Shown: positions 40,318 through 48,940 of the stretch, one piece after another | How positions within the stretch are numbered: position 1 is the stretch's first letter | How the letters are laid out: each line of letters opens with the position of its first letter | From: Pseudomonadota bacterium | GTDB lineage: Bacteria; UBA10199; 2-02-FULL-44-16; DYJF01 | Direction: 5' to 3' | Assembly (NCBI GenBank): GCA_043823065.1 | Contig: JBDRBB010000009.1 | Location: forward strand, 64,001-128,000 | Length of the DNA: 64,000 nt | The notes under the pieces: generated by a model | What the model was told of the DNA's origin: nothing | What the model saw: the letters and a program-made list of their open reading frames with translations, nothing else | The model's database searches: none | Made by a program: the position numbers and the translations under genes

Positions 40318-41136
40318 TTACTGGCAACCAGTGCAATCAGAAGCAATGGTGCAGGTTTGCGAACCAGCTTCTGTGGTAACTGAAACAGAACCGCTGCAAG
40401 TAACTGTAATTGAAGACTCATCCATGCCATCACCAGATACATTTGTGGTGACACTCATTTGGGTGACAGTGCCATTGGCATCGCCAGTGACAAGCAAATT
40501 TTCACCAGCAATAGTTGCCACTAAATTGCTAACCAAAGAGGTTAGTTCTTCTTGGGCGTTCATGGTTGCTTGGAAGTTGCCAGAGAAAGTCAAGGTCATA
40601 GTACCATTCAGAGTTTCATTATAGGTGATACCGTCAATAACCACGGAATCAGTAGCATTAGCAATTGCAGTGGTAATTATGCCAGAGGCAGTAAGTGTGG
40701 CTTGAGTGGCGCTGGTTTCAGTATAGGTAAAAGTTAGAGTGCCATTTAATGTTGCAGTTCCAGTGCCAATATTTACAACTTCATTGGTAAAGGTAACTGT
40801 AATTTGGTTTTCTCCCACAGCTACATTGACAGTTTTATCAAGACCACTTCCTGAAAGATCATAGATAATTTCATCTGCACATTCACCAACAATATAATCT
40901 AATAAAGACTGTTTAACTTTGGCTACTGCTTGATTATTAATACTTTGAGCGCCAACCGCTGTAGCGCCGTCTATGGCTGAGGCTGTGGCCACGCCTGTTG
41001 CTGCTGAAGAAACAGCGGCTGTGTCGCCACTTACACTACCTGAGCTGCCGCCACTACTGCCTGAGCCGCTGCCGCCGCACGCTGCTGTAGCAATTAAACT
41101 CAGCACAGCTAATACACTAAAAAATCTTTTTCCCAT
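40318..41136 (-). CDS. Thr/Ser-rich lipoprotein of unknown function
   Basis: Lipobox TAAC followed by G/S linker; beta-rich body; C-terminal CTIASDCTGCQ. Confidence 0.78.
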   Translation of the reverse strand: MGKRFFSVLAVLSLIATAACGGSGSGSSGGSSGSVSGDTAAVSSAATGVATASAIDGATAVGAQSINNQAVAKVKQSLLDYIVGECADEIIYDLSGSGLDKTVNVAVGENQITVTFTNEVVNIGTGTATLNGTLTFTYTETSATQATLTASGIITTAIANATDSVVIDGITYNETLNGTMTLTFSGNFQATMNAQEELTSLVSNLVATIAGENLLVTGDANGTVTQMSVTTNVSGDGMDESSITVTCSGSVSVTTEAGSQTCTIASDCTGCQ

Positions 41137-41172
41137 ATTTCCCTCCTTTTAGGTTATCTTTTTTGTTAAATT

Positions 41173-41793
41173 TTAATCAACTTTAATGATTACATCTTCG
41201 ATTACATCACCTTGGGTGATTTTTTCCACAACATCCATACCTTGTATGGTTTGTCCAAAAACAGTATAAGCGCCGTCTAGAAAAGGAGTTGGTTTAAGCG
41301 TAATATAAAACTGAGAACCACTGGATCTGCGTTCTGGGTTGACTTCGTCACCTGTTCTGGCCCAGGCCAAAGCGCCTTGTTTATGAGTCATCTTGATTTC
41401 CGCGGGAATGGTGTAGCCTGGTCCGCCAGCTCCGGTTCCAGTTGGATCTCCACCTTGAACCACAAAATCAGGTACTACTCTGTGAAATGTTAACCCCTTA
41501 TAATAATTACCATCAGCGAGCTGCTTAAAATTAGTAACTGAAAGAGGTGCTTCCTTGGCAAATAATTCACAAACAATTTCACCTTTGGAGGTTTTAATCA
41601 CTGCTGTATATTTTTTGCCATCATCTATGGCAGCTTGTTTGGGTTCTGCAAATTTTGTTGTTGCCTCTCCAGTCATAGTGCTCTCCTTTTCTGGTTCTTT
41701 GGTTTGCTCTGGTTCTTCAGGTTTAGCTTTGGTTTTACAAGCTAGGCCCATGGCCAATATACATACTAGCGATACTACTAACAGTTTCCTCAT
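41173..41793 (-). CDS. Cyclophilin-type PPIase lipoprotein
   Basis: Lipobox GLAC; FHRVVPDFVVQGGDP, GSQFYI, LDGAYTVFG. Confidence 0.93.
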   Translation of the reverse strand: MRKLLVVSLVCILAMGLACKTKAKPEEPEQTKEPEKESTMTGEATTKFAEPKQAAIDDGKKYTAVIKTSKGEIVCELFAKEAPLSVTNFKQLADGNYYKGLTFHRVVPDFVVQGGDPTGTGAGGPGYTIPAEIKMTHKQGALAWARTGDEVNPERRSSGSQFYITLKPTPFLDGAYTVFGQTIQGMDVVEKITQGDVIEDVIIKVD

Positions 41794-41807
41794 AATCTCT
41801 CCTTTTT

Positions 41808-41920
41808 AATAACCAATAACCAAGAAACAAGATACAAACAAATTCCAATAATCAAATTCCAAATAATTGGAATTTCAAAAATTGTGATTTGTTTGGTCAT
41901 TGTATCTTGTATCTTGATAT
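41808..41920. repeat. Heptamer inverted-repeat element, family D (AACCAAG/ATACAAG/ATTCCAA units)
   Basis: Long imperfect hairpin; related copies at 43971-44060 and 58130-58195. Confidence 0.75.
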
Positions 41921-41921
41921 A

Positions 41922-42866
41922 TTAATCCGTACTAACCATGGCTTCTAATGTTACTTCTACTGAATCCCTTAATGCTTTCAAATCATAACCGCCTTCCAAA
42001 AAAAAGACTGCTTTTCCAGAACAAGTTGTCTGGGCTAGCTGCATAATAGTCTCGGCCATCCAGGCAAACCCTTTGGTGGTTGCTTTCATGCCACCCAAAG
42101 GATCGCGCACATGGGCATCAAATCCAGCTGAAACCAAAATTAATTGTGGTTTGAACTCTTCTATAGCAGGAATGAGGTGCTTATCAAATACTTTTTTGTA
42201 AACATCGTCAGTAGCGCCAGATTCTAAAGGTATGTTTAAATTAAAACCCTTGCCAGATCCTTTGCCTGTTTCTTCAGCAGTGCCAGTGCCTGGATAAAAA
42301 TGAGCGCGATGCACAGAAAAGTAAAAAACATTTGGATTTTCATAAAAAGCATCTTGCGTGCCATTGCCATGATGGGTGTCATAATCAATGATAAAAATGC
42401 GTTCGATGTTTAATTTTTTTAAGGCATATTGGGCGGCAATAGCAATATTATTAAAGATGCAAAAACCCATGGCCTGGTTCTGTTCAGCATGATGTCCTGG
42501 CGGTCTAACCAAGGCAAAAGCATTGTTTAATCTTCCAGCAACCACTTGTTCGGCAAGGATTATTCCAGCTCCAGCAGCCAAGCAAGCAGCTGTCCAGGTA
42601 AAAGCATTAGCGCTGGTATCAGGATCTAAAATAGTATTTTCTTGGTCTTTGGTTGATTCAATATAGGAAATATACTTTTTAGCATGCACGAAAGCCATTT
42701 CTTCAATAGACGCAGGCCGTGGTTTTACAGACAAAACCTTTTTTCCAACTCCATCACCATCTAAAACCTGTTTGATAGACAAAAGTCTACTTGGCGATTC
42801 AGGATGGCCCAGACCCATGCTGTGGCGAGTAAATAATTCATCCCAGATAATTCCGGTTTTATTCAT
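41922..42866 (-). CDS. Histone deacetylase family (Zn-dependent deacylase)
   Basis: HPESPSRL, RPPGHHA, GFCIFNN, DYDTHHGNGTQ, SAGFDAH, LEGGY. Confidence 0.94.
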   Translation of the reverse strand: MNKTGIIWDELFTRHSMGLGHPESPSRLLSIKQVLDGDGVGKKVLSVKPRPASIEEMAFVHAKKYISYIESTKDQENTILDPDTSANAFTWTAACLAAGAGIILAEQVVAGRLNNAFALVRPPGHHAEQNQAMGFCIFNNIAIAAQYALKKLNIERIFIIDYDTHHGNGTQDAFYENPNVFYFSVHRAHFYPGTGTAEETGKGSGKGFNLNIPLESGATDDVYKKVFDKHLIPAIEEFKPQLILVSAGFDAHVRDPLGGMKATTKGFAWMAETIMQLAQTTCSGKAVFFLEGGYDLKALRDSVEVTLEAMVSTD

Positions 42867-42936
42867 TAAATTCTTACTTACTTATAAATAACAAATATTG
42901 CAAATGAGATTATAAATAGTTATAAATTATATCTTC

Positions 42937-43974
42937 ATGAATATTTATATTATTAGTAAAAAAGACTTTCCCCTATTTGTAGAAAAATTAATTACTACTG
43001 GCGATGTGGTTGGGGTTACTCAAAAAGAAAATAAATATGTTTTTGCTCCACTTAAAAACTCCCAGGATTTGGTTTTAGATTATGATGTTACTCTGCTTTC
43101 TCCTAAAAAATATTTATACCCCCAATATGAAAATTTAATTAGTTTTAAGTTAAAACCAGAAATTGAGGTTGAAGAAACAAGCACAGCCAATTCATTAACC
43201 ATCATTGGCGTGCATCCTTATGATTTAAGAGCAATAAATCAATTAGATAGGCTTCTCTTAAGCGGTGATCACCCAGATACTAATTATTTAAAGCGACAAT
43301 TGACAACTACCATTATTGGAGTCACGCCCAAACAGGCATCTAAATGGGCTTTTTGGTCCTATATTATAGATGCTTATCAAGTGCACACAGGTTTTGATCT
43401 TATGCTCACTGATATTGGCAAAAAATATGTAGTAGAAGTTGGCAGCGATGAGGGTGAAATATTAATTCAAAAATACACAACAGCTCAAAAGGCTGAAACT
43501 AAAGACATTAAGAAAATGCAGAAAGCCAAACAGAAATTGGCCAAGATGTGTTCTAAAAAAAGGAGTTTGAAAACCAGTGGTCAGCGCATTCCGGATTTAT
43601 TGAAAAATAAAGAGGATTCTAAGGTTTGGGAAGAACAAGCGGAAAAATGTTATAGTTGCGGTTCATGCAATATCATTTGTCCGACTTGTTTTTGTTTTGA
43701 TGTGCATGAAGAAATAGATTTGGCGGGAAATCAAGGCAGAAGATATCGCACCTGGGATGGTTGTTTGCTTCATGATTTTACCAAAATTGGTAGTGGTGAA
43801 GTTTTTCGAAAACAGAGAAAAGAGAGATTTAAGCATCGTTTTTACCGAAAATATCTGTATTTAGAAAAAGAATTAAATGAGCTGGCATGTGTTGGTTGTG
43901 GCAGATGCGCCTCGGTTTGTTTGCCAGATATTGCCGATCCAGTGCAGGTGCTAAATAAACTAGCTAAAGAATAA
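42937..43974 (+). CDS. hydB: Group 3b [NiFe] hydrogenase beta subunit (4Fe-4S, AsrA-like)
   Basis: CYSCGSCNIICPTCFCF, RTWDGC, CVGCGRCASVC. Confidence 0.87.
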   Translation: MNIYIISKKDFPLFVEKLITTGDVVGVTQKENKYVFAPLKNSQDLVLDYDVTLLSPKKYLYPQYENLISFKLKPEIEVEETSTANSLTIIGVHPYDLRAINQLDRLLLSGDHPDTNYLKRQLTTTIIGVTPKQASKWAFWSYIIDAYQVHTGFDLMLTDIGKKYVVEVGSDEGEILIQKYTTAQKAETKDIKKMQKAKQKLAKMCSKKRSLKTSGQRIPDLLKNKEDSKVWEEQAEKCYSCGSCNIICPTCFCFDVHEEIDLAGNQGRRYRTWDGCLLHDFTKIGSGEVFRKQRKERFKHRFYRKYLYLEKELNELACVGCGRCASVCLPDIADPVQVLNKLAKE

Positions 43975-44060
43975 CCAAGATACAAGATACAATGACCAAA
44001 CAAATTACAATTTTTCAAATTCAAAATTCCAATTATTTGAAGTTTGGTTATTGGTCATTA
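43971..44060. repeat. Family D heptamer element
   Basis: ATAACCAAGATACAAGATACAATGACCAAAC...TTTGGTTATTGGTCATT. Confidence 0.72.
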
Positions 44061-44071
44061 TAGGCAATAAC

Positions 44072-44902
44072 ATGTTAGTTAAAAAATCATCCCCGTATTT
44101 GCCTGAACTGGCCGTAATTAATCGGGCGGAAATGCTCACTGCTACTGAGCGTTTTTTTGAAATAGAGTTTAAATCTGGCCGAGATTTGGATCATAAGCCA
44201 GGCCAGTTTGTAGAAGTTTCTGTATTTGGTGTTGGCGAAGCGCCTATTTCAGTTAGTTCTTCTCCCACCCAAAAAGGTATGTTTGAACTGGCTGTGCGTA
44301 AAGTTGGTAATGTAACCACTGCTTTGCATAATCTAAAAATTGGCAGCACCCTTGGCATTAGAGGACCTTTGGGCACTAACTTTCCAACAGATAATGTAAA
44401 AGGTCGCGACATATTAGTTATTGGCGGCGGTATTGGTTTAATACCTTTACGTTCCTATATTCATTATATCTTGGCTAATCGCCATGAATATGGTCGCTTA
44501 ATCATTCTGGCTGGGGCACGTGCTCCGCAAGAAAGGCTTTTTACCAATGAATTAGCAGCTTGGAATGCTGATAAAAATATAGAATTTTTAGAAACCTTGG
44601 ATAAGGGTGATAAAAATTGGCAGGGTAATGTTGGTTTAATCACTACCTTAATCCCAAAAGTAGAAGTAGATCCTCAAAATATGACAGCTGTGGTTGTGGG
44701 CCCGCCCATTATGTATCGGTTTGTGATTAAAGAACTCTTGGATAGAAAAATAAACCAGGACGATATTTATGTTTCATTGGAACGCCGCATGAAATGTGGA
44801 ATTGGCAAATGCGGCCATTGTCAAATTAATGATATTTATTGCTGTAAAGATGGGCCGGTATTTAAGTATTCAGATATAGCTGGGCTAGAGGAAGCATTAT
44901 GA
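44072..44902 (+). CDS. hydG: Group 3b hydrogenase gamma subunit (FAD/NAD(P), 2Fe-2S)
   Basis: PGQFV, GEAPIS, RGPLG, GGGIGLIPL, ERRMKCGIGKCGHC...DGPVF. Confidence 0.9.
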   Translation: MLVKKSSPYLPELAVINRAEMLTATERFFEIEFKSGRDLDHKPGQFVEVSVFGVGEAPISVSSSPTQKGMFELAVRKVGNVTTALHNLKIGSTLGIRGPLGTNFPTDNVKGRDILVIGGGIGLIPLRSYIHYILANRHEYGRLIILAGARAPQERLFTNELAAWNADKNIEFLETLDKGDKNWQGNVGLITTLIPKVEVDPQNMTAVVVGPPIMYRFVIKELLDRKINQDDIYVSLERRMKCGIGKCGHCQINDIYCCKDGPVFKYSDIAGLEEAL

Positions 44903-45654
44903 GCAAACCAACTGTAGCTTTTTTTGATTTTTCCGGATGTGAAGGAGATCAACTTCAAGTTGCCAATTTAGAAGAACAATTGCTTGTTTTAAATGACTTA
45001 GTGGAAATTGTTGGGTTTCGGGAAATTTATGATGGGAAAGCTGAAGAATATGATATTGCTTTTATCGAAGGATCTTGTGTTCGTAAATCTGATGAAGCAA
45101 GGTTAAAGCAAATTAGAGAACGAGCAAAATTCGTGGTGGCTATTGGCGCCTGTGCCACTATTGGTGGTATTAATAGTTTAAAAAATGCTCAATCTGAAGA
45201 AAAAGTTCGAAAACTAGTTTACGGAAAAAAAGCAGATTTGTTTGAAAGCTATCCAGCTCGGCCCATAGATGCGATAATTAAAGTTGATTGCAAAATTCAT
45301 GGCTGTCCAATTCGCAAAGAGGAGTTTCTGGAAGCGTGCAAGGCCTTGTTAGCCGGGCAAAAATATGAGCCGCCCAATTATCCGGTTTGTGTGGAATGTA
45401 AATTAGCGGAAAATATCTGTGTGTTTGAAAAAGGAGAAACCTGTGTGGGACCGGTTACCAGGGCAGGGTGCAAGGCTTGTTGTGTTACTCAAGGGGCAAT
45501 TTGTTGGGGTTGCCGGGGGCTGGTTGATGATCCAAATATAGATTCGCATAAAGAGGTGTTGGAAAAATATGGTTTAAAAGCAGAAGACTTAATCAATAAA
45601 TTTAATTTATATTTTAAGTGGCAGGAGGATGTAAATGCCGACCAAGGATCTTAA
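44899..45654 (+). CDS. hydD: Group 3b hydrogenase small (delta) subunit
   Basis: GCEGD, IEGS, GACATIGG, GCP, VCVEC, CVGPVTRAGC, CWGCRG. Confidence 0.9.
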   Translation: MSKPTVAFFDFSGCEGDQLQVANLEEQLLVLNDLVEIVGFREIYDGKAEEYDIAFIEGSCVRKSDEARLKQIRERAKFVVAIGACATIGGINSLKNAQSEEKVRKLVYGKKADLFESYPARPIDAIIKVDCKIHGCPIRKEEFLEACKALLAGQKYEPPNYPVCVECKLAENICVFEKGETCVGPVTRAGCKACCVTQGAICWGCRGLVDDPNIDSHKEVLEKYGLKAEDLINKFNLYFKWQEDVNADQGS

Positions 45655-46936
45655 TATTGATATTCATTATGTGACCCGGGTTGAAGGGCACGGCAATATT
45701 GTTGTTAATGCTAAAAATGGAAAAATTGAAAATATTGAATGGCAAATAACTGAAGCGCCGCGTTTTTTTGAAGCAATGGTGGTTGGTCAAAAATGGGATG
45801 TAGTGCATCATATTACTTCTCGTATTTGTGGAATTTGTTCCATTGCCCACAGCTTGTCTTCACTTAAAGCCACAGAAGCTGCCTTAAGCATAAAAATTTC
45901 TGAGCAAACTGCTAGATTGCGCAGAGTTGCTATTCATGCGGAAAACCCGCAAAGCCATATTTTACATATTGGTTATCTGGCCTTGCCAGATTTAATGGGC
46001 GCTCCTTCTGTTTTACCTTTGGCAAAATCTTATCCAGAAGAAGTTAAAACCATTGTTCGTTTGCATCGTTTAGCTAATAAAATGAGTGACCTAACTTGTG
46101 GGAGGACTACTCATCCACAAAGGTTGATTCCAGGAGGTTTTACTAAGCTGCCTACATCTGAAGAATTAATTAATTTGCGGGAAGAGATTTTAAAGGCAGA
46201 AGAAGATGTTATTGTTGTAGCGCAGGTTTTAAAATCTAAACTGCATGTTTTTCCCAAATTTGAGCGAGAAACAGAATACGTGGGAACCATTCATGATGAT
46301 GAATATGCGCTTTATGATGGAGATCTGGCTTCTACAGATGGTGGTCGTGATCCTGTTAAAAAATATTTAAGCTGGACTAATGAATATATTGTTCCTCAAT
46401 CTACAGCTAAATTTACCAAGCGTAAAAGAGATTCATTAATGGTCGGTGCTTTGGCTCGTTACAATATTAATCATAAGCTGCTAACTAATGATGCCAATCA
46501 TCTGGCCAAATTATTAGATTTGAAAGCACCATGCTATAATCCTTTTTTTAATACCGTGGCTCAACTGGTTGAATGTATGCATTCTTTTCAAGACTCAGTA
46601 CGGTTAATAGATGAACTCTTAAAAGATGGGCTTAAGGAAGAAAAACCAAAAATAAAAGTTAGAGCTGGTCATGGAGTAGGCGCTGTTGAAGCTCCTCGCG
46701 GTATTTTAATTCATGATTATGAATATGATAAACATGGCGTATGCAAAAGGGCCAATTCTGTTATTCCCACTAACCAGAATCATGCCAATATCCAAAAAGA
46801 TATGGAAGTTTTTCTGCCGCAAATAATTGCTGAAAAAACCAAACCAGAAATAGAACTTGCCCTAGAAATGCTGGTTCGTGCTTATGATCCTTGCATATCT
46901 TGTTCTACTCATATGCTAAAAGTGGAATTTAAGTAA
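45635..46936 (+). CDS. hydA: [NiFe] hydrogenase large (alpha) subunit, group 3b
   Basis: RVEGHG, L1 RICGIC, EAPRG, L2 RAYDPCISCSTH plus short cleavable tail. Confidence 0.94.
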   Translation: MPTKDLNIDIHYVTRVEGHGNIVVNAKNGKIENIEWQITEAPRFFEAMVVGQKWDVVHHITSRICGICSIAHSLSSLKATEAALSIKISEQTARLRRVAIHAENPQSHILHIGYLALPDLMGAPSVLPLAKSYPEEVKTIVRLHRLANKMSDLTCGRTTHPQRLIPGGFTKLPTSEELINLREEILKAEEDVIVVAQVLKSKLHVFPKFERETEYVGTIHDDEYALYDGDLASTDGGRDPVKKYLSWTNEYIVPQSTAKFTKRKRDSLMVGALARYNINHKLLTNDANHLAKLLDLKAPCYNPFFNTVAQLVECMHSFQDSVRLIDELLKDGLKEEKPKIKVRAGHGVGAVEAPRGILIHDYEYDKHGVCKRANSVIPTNQNHANIQKDMEVFLPQIIAEKTKPEIELALEMLVRAYDPCISCSTHMLKVEFK

Positions 46937-46939
46937 TAT

Positions 46940-47119
46940 TTGGGGACGTTTCCCCCCTTGTTAACCTGTTAAAATCATTGCCAAATATCAAACGAATTGA
47001 AATAATCAAAATATTGGAAATAACAAACAAATAAAAATAAATGGAAATAACAAAAATTTCAAGTCGCTGATTATTCGTGAATAATTTTAAATAGTTAGCT
47101 AGGGGGGAAACGTCCCCAA
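46940..47119. mobile_element. MITE-like 180-bp element with 19-bp perfect terminal inverted repeats
   Basis: TTGGGGACGTTTCCCCCCT (46940-46958) and AGGGGGGAAACGTCCCCAA (47101-47119) around an AT-rich non-coding core. Confidence 0.6.
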
Positions 47120-47131
47120 TTAGAAGTGTTT

Positions 47132-47599
47132 ATGAAACCAATAGCTATTATCGGGGTGGGCAATTATTTGCGCCAGGATGAAGGTGTGGGTATTCATGCT
47201 ACCCAGTTATTGCGAAAAAAAATAAAGCGCGCAGATTGTGAAATTATTGATGCAGGTGTGCCATCTGTGGCTTTGCTGCACATGTTGGAAAACAGAAGTT
47301 TAGTGATTATTGTTGATTGTGCTGATTTTGCTGGCCAGCCAGGTGAAATTAAGACCTTCCAACCTGAACAAATAAAACATGAAGAAAAAAAGGAAATTTC
47401 CCTTCATGCCACAGATTTAATGACTGTTTTTGAAATGGCCAAATCTATGGGTATAAGTTTGCCGTCTATTTTTATTATTGGTATCCAGCCAGAAACAGTT
47501 GAGCAGGGAATGGAGCTTTCAGAGCCAGTTCAAAAATCTCTGCAAAACTTGCCTGATCTTGTGAAAAAAATATTAGAAGAAAAAATAATTAGACATTAA
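47132..47599 (+). CDS. Hydrogenase maturation endopeptidase (HyaD/HycI family)
   Basis: GVGNYLRQDEGVG, IIVDC, SLH, IGIQP...ELS. Confidence 0.92.
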   Translation: MKPIAIIGVGNYLRQDEGVGIHATQLLRKKIKRADCEIIDAGVPSVALLHMLENRSLVIIVDCADFAGQPGEIKTFQPEQIKHEEKKEISLHATDLMTVFEMAKSMGISLPSIFIIGIQPETVEQGMELSEPVQKSLQNLPDLVKKILEEKIIRH

Positions 47600-47963
47600 G
47601 CTTTTTAGTGCATTCATCGCAAATACCATGGGTAAATTGCAATTTAGAAGTGTCATTAAGATACATTTCAAAAGGAATCCATTTTTCATCCAGATTAATT
47701 TTTTTGCAATAAGCGCAGACCCGAATAAATCCTTCTAAATATTTGATTCTTTTTAAAGAAAGCCAGGATTGATAAATAATAAAGCAACCCAGAACTAAAA
47801 CCAGCCAAGCTTCAGCCAAGCTTTCTCTAATATTAAATGGAGTAGGTTCAGCTCCAAATAAGCGATTAGGCATATCAAAAATTTCATTTACAAAAAGCAA
47901 AACAATTACCGCTAAAAAACCAATTACTTCATAAACGATAACCCTTGACCTAATATTTTTCAT
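47589..47963 (-). CDS. Two-TM protein with C-terminal CxxC...HxxCxxC motif (paralog 2)
   Basis: CAYCKKI...W..FEMY...FTHGICDEC. Confidence 0.8.
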   Translation of the reverse strand: MKNIRSRVIVYEVIGFLAVIVLLFVNEIFDMPNRLFGAEPTPFNIRESLAEAWLVLVLGCFIIYQSWLSLKRIKYLEGFIRVCAYCKKINLDEKWIPFEMYLNDTSKLQFTHGICDECTKKLNV

Positions 47964-47972
47964 AAAACCTCT

Positions 47973-48344
47973 TTAGCCAATCTTATTGGCGCATTCCGGA
48001 CAAACACTATGCGTAAACTGAATTTTTGAGTGATCCATGACATACATTTCAAAAGGGATCCACTTGTCGTCTATATGAATCCTTTTGCAATAAGCGCAGA
48101 GTTTTAAAAAACCTTCCAGATATTTAATTCGTTTTAAGGCAACCCAGGATTCATAGAAAACAAAACTAGCCATAACCAAAACCATACAAGATTCAGCTAA
48201 GCATTCTCTAATATTAATAGGTGTTTGCTGGGCTCCATATAGATGATAGGGAATGTCAAATATTTCATTAGCCCAGAGCATGGCTATAATTGCCAAAAAA
48301 CCAATTATTTCAAAAATAATAACTCTGAGTTTAATGGTTTTCAT
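47973..48344 (-). CDS. Two-TM protein with C-terminal CxxC...HxxCxxC motif (paralog 1)
   Basis: CAYCKRI...W..FEMY...FTHSVCPEC; ATGA overlap with rnfG stop. Confidence 0.8.
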   Translation of the reverse strand: MKTIKLRVIIFEIIGFLAIIAMLWANEIFDIPYHLYGAQQTPINIRECLAESCMVLVMASFVFYESWVALKRIKYLEGFLKLCAYCKRIHIDDKWIPFEMYVMDHSKIQFTHSVCPECANKIG

Positions 48345-48940
48345 AAAACCTCTCTTAAATTTTTTATAGCCAAATTTATGGCATCTACCACAGCTTTAGA
48401 AGAAATAGTAGCTCCAGTAATAGCTTCAATATCGCCGCCATGTTGCTTTAAAGCCACTGGAGGTTGTTTGCCCTGAAATTGAATTTGAAAATAAGGTCTT
48501 AAATTTCTTTCATCTGGGCTAGTGCCACTTACTACTGTTTTCCAGGTTTTTTTTGACAACACTTCTGAAATTTTGTCTCCTAAACCAGGCGTTTCTTTTT
48601 GATCTAAAACTTTGGTGCCTAAAATTTTGAACTCTTTATCAACTCCCACCATCATTATAATAGGAGCAGCATAACCCATGGCTTCACCTTGCACAGCATA
48701 GCCGATAATTTTGCCAGCTTCGTTTTTAGCTTGATAATAAATTGGTAAATTAGAAGAAGCATCTTTTATGGGTATAAATTCTTTGGCTTCAGGCAAGACC
48801 CATTTTAAGGCTTGTTCTGTCTCTTTCTGGGCCAAGGCTTTTTTTACAGGTGCGGTTAAAGAATAAAGCCCGGCTAAACTAACAGCTGAGAGGCAACCCA
48901 CAATAGTTAAGACTAAAGGAAATTTAAGCCAATTTGGCAT
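48341..48940 (-). CDS. rnfG: Rnf complex subunit G
   Basis: N-terminal TM, GYA.PI, ETPGLG, FMN-attachment motif ITGATISS. Confidence 0.9.
   Translation of the reverse strand: MPNWLKFPLVLTIVGCLSAVSLAGLYSLTAPVKKALAQKETEQALKWVLPEAKEFIPIKDASSNLPIYYQAKNEAGKIIGYAVQGEAMGYAAPIIMMVGVDKEFKILGTKVLDQKETPGLGDKISEVLSKKTWKTVVSGTSPDERNLRPYFQIQFQGKQPPVALKQHGGDIEAITGATISSKAVVDAINLAIKNLREVL

Noticed and set aside
45635..46936. Selenocysteine [NiFeSe] hydrogenase
   Set aside because: L2 motif is DPCISC with ordinary Cys codons; no in-frame TGA
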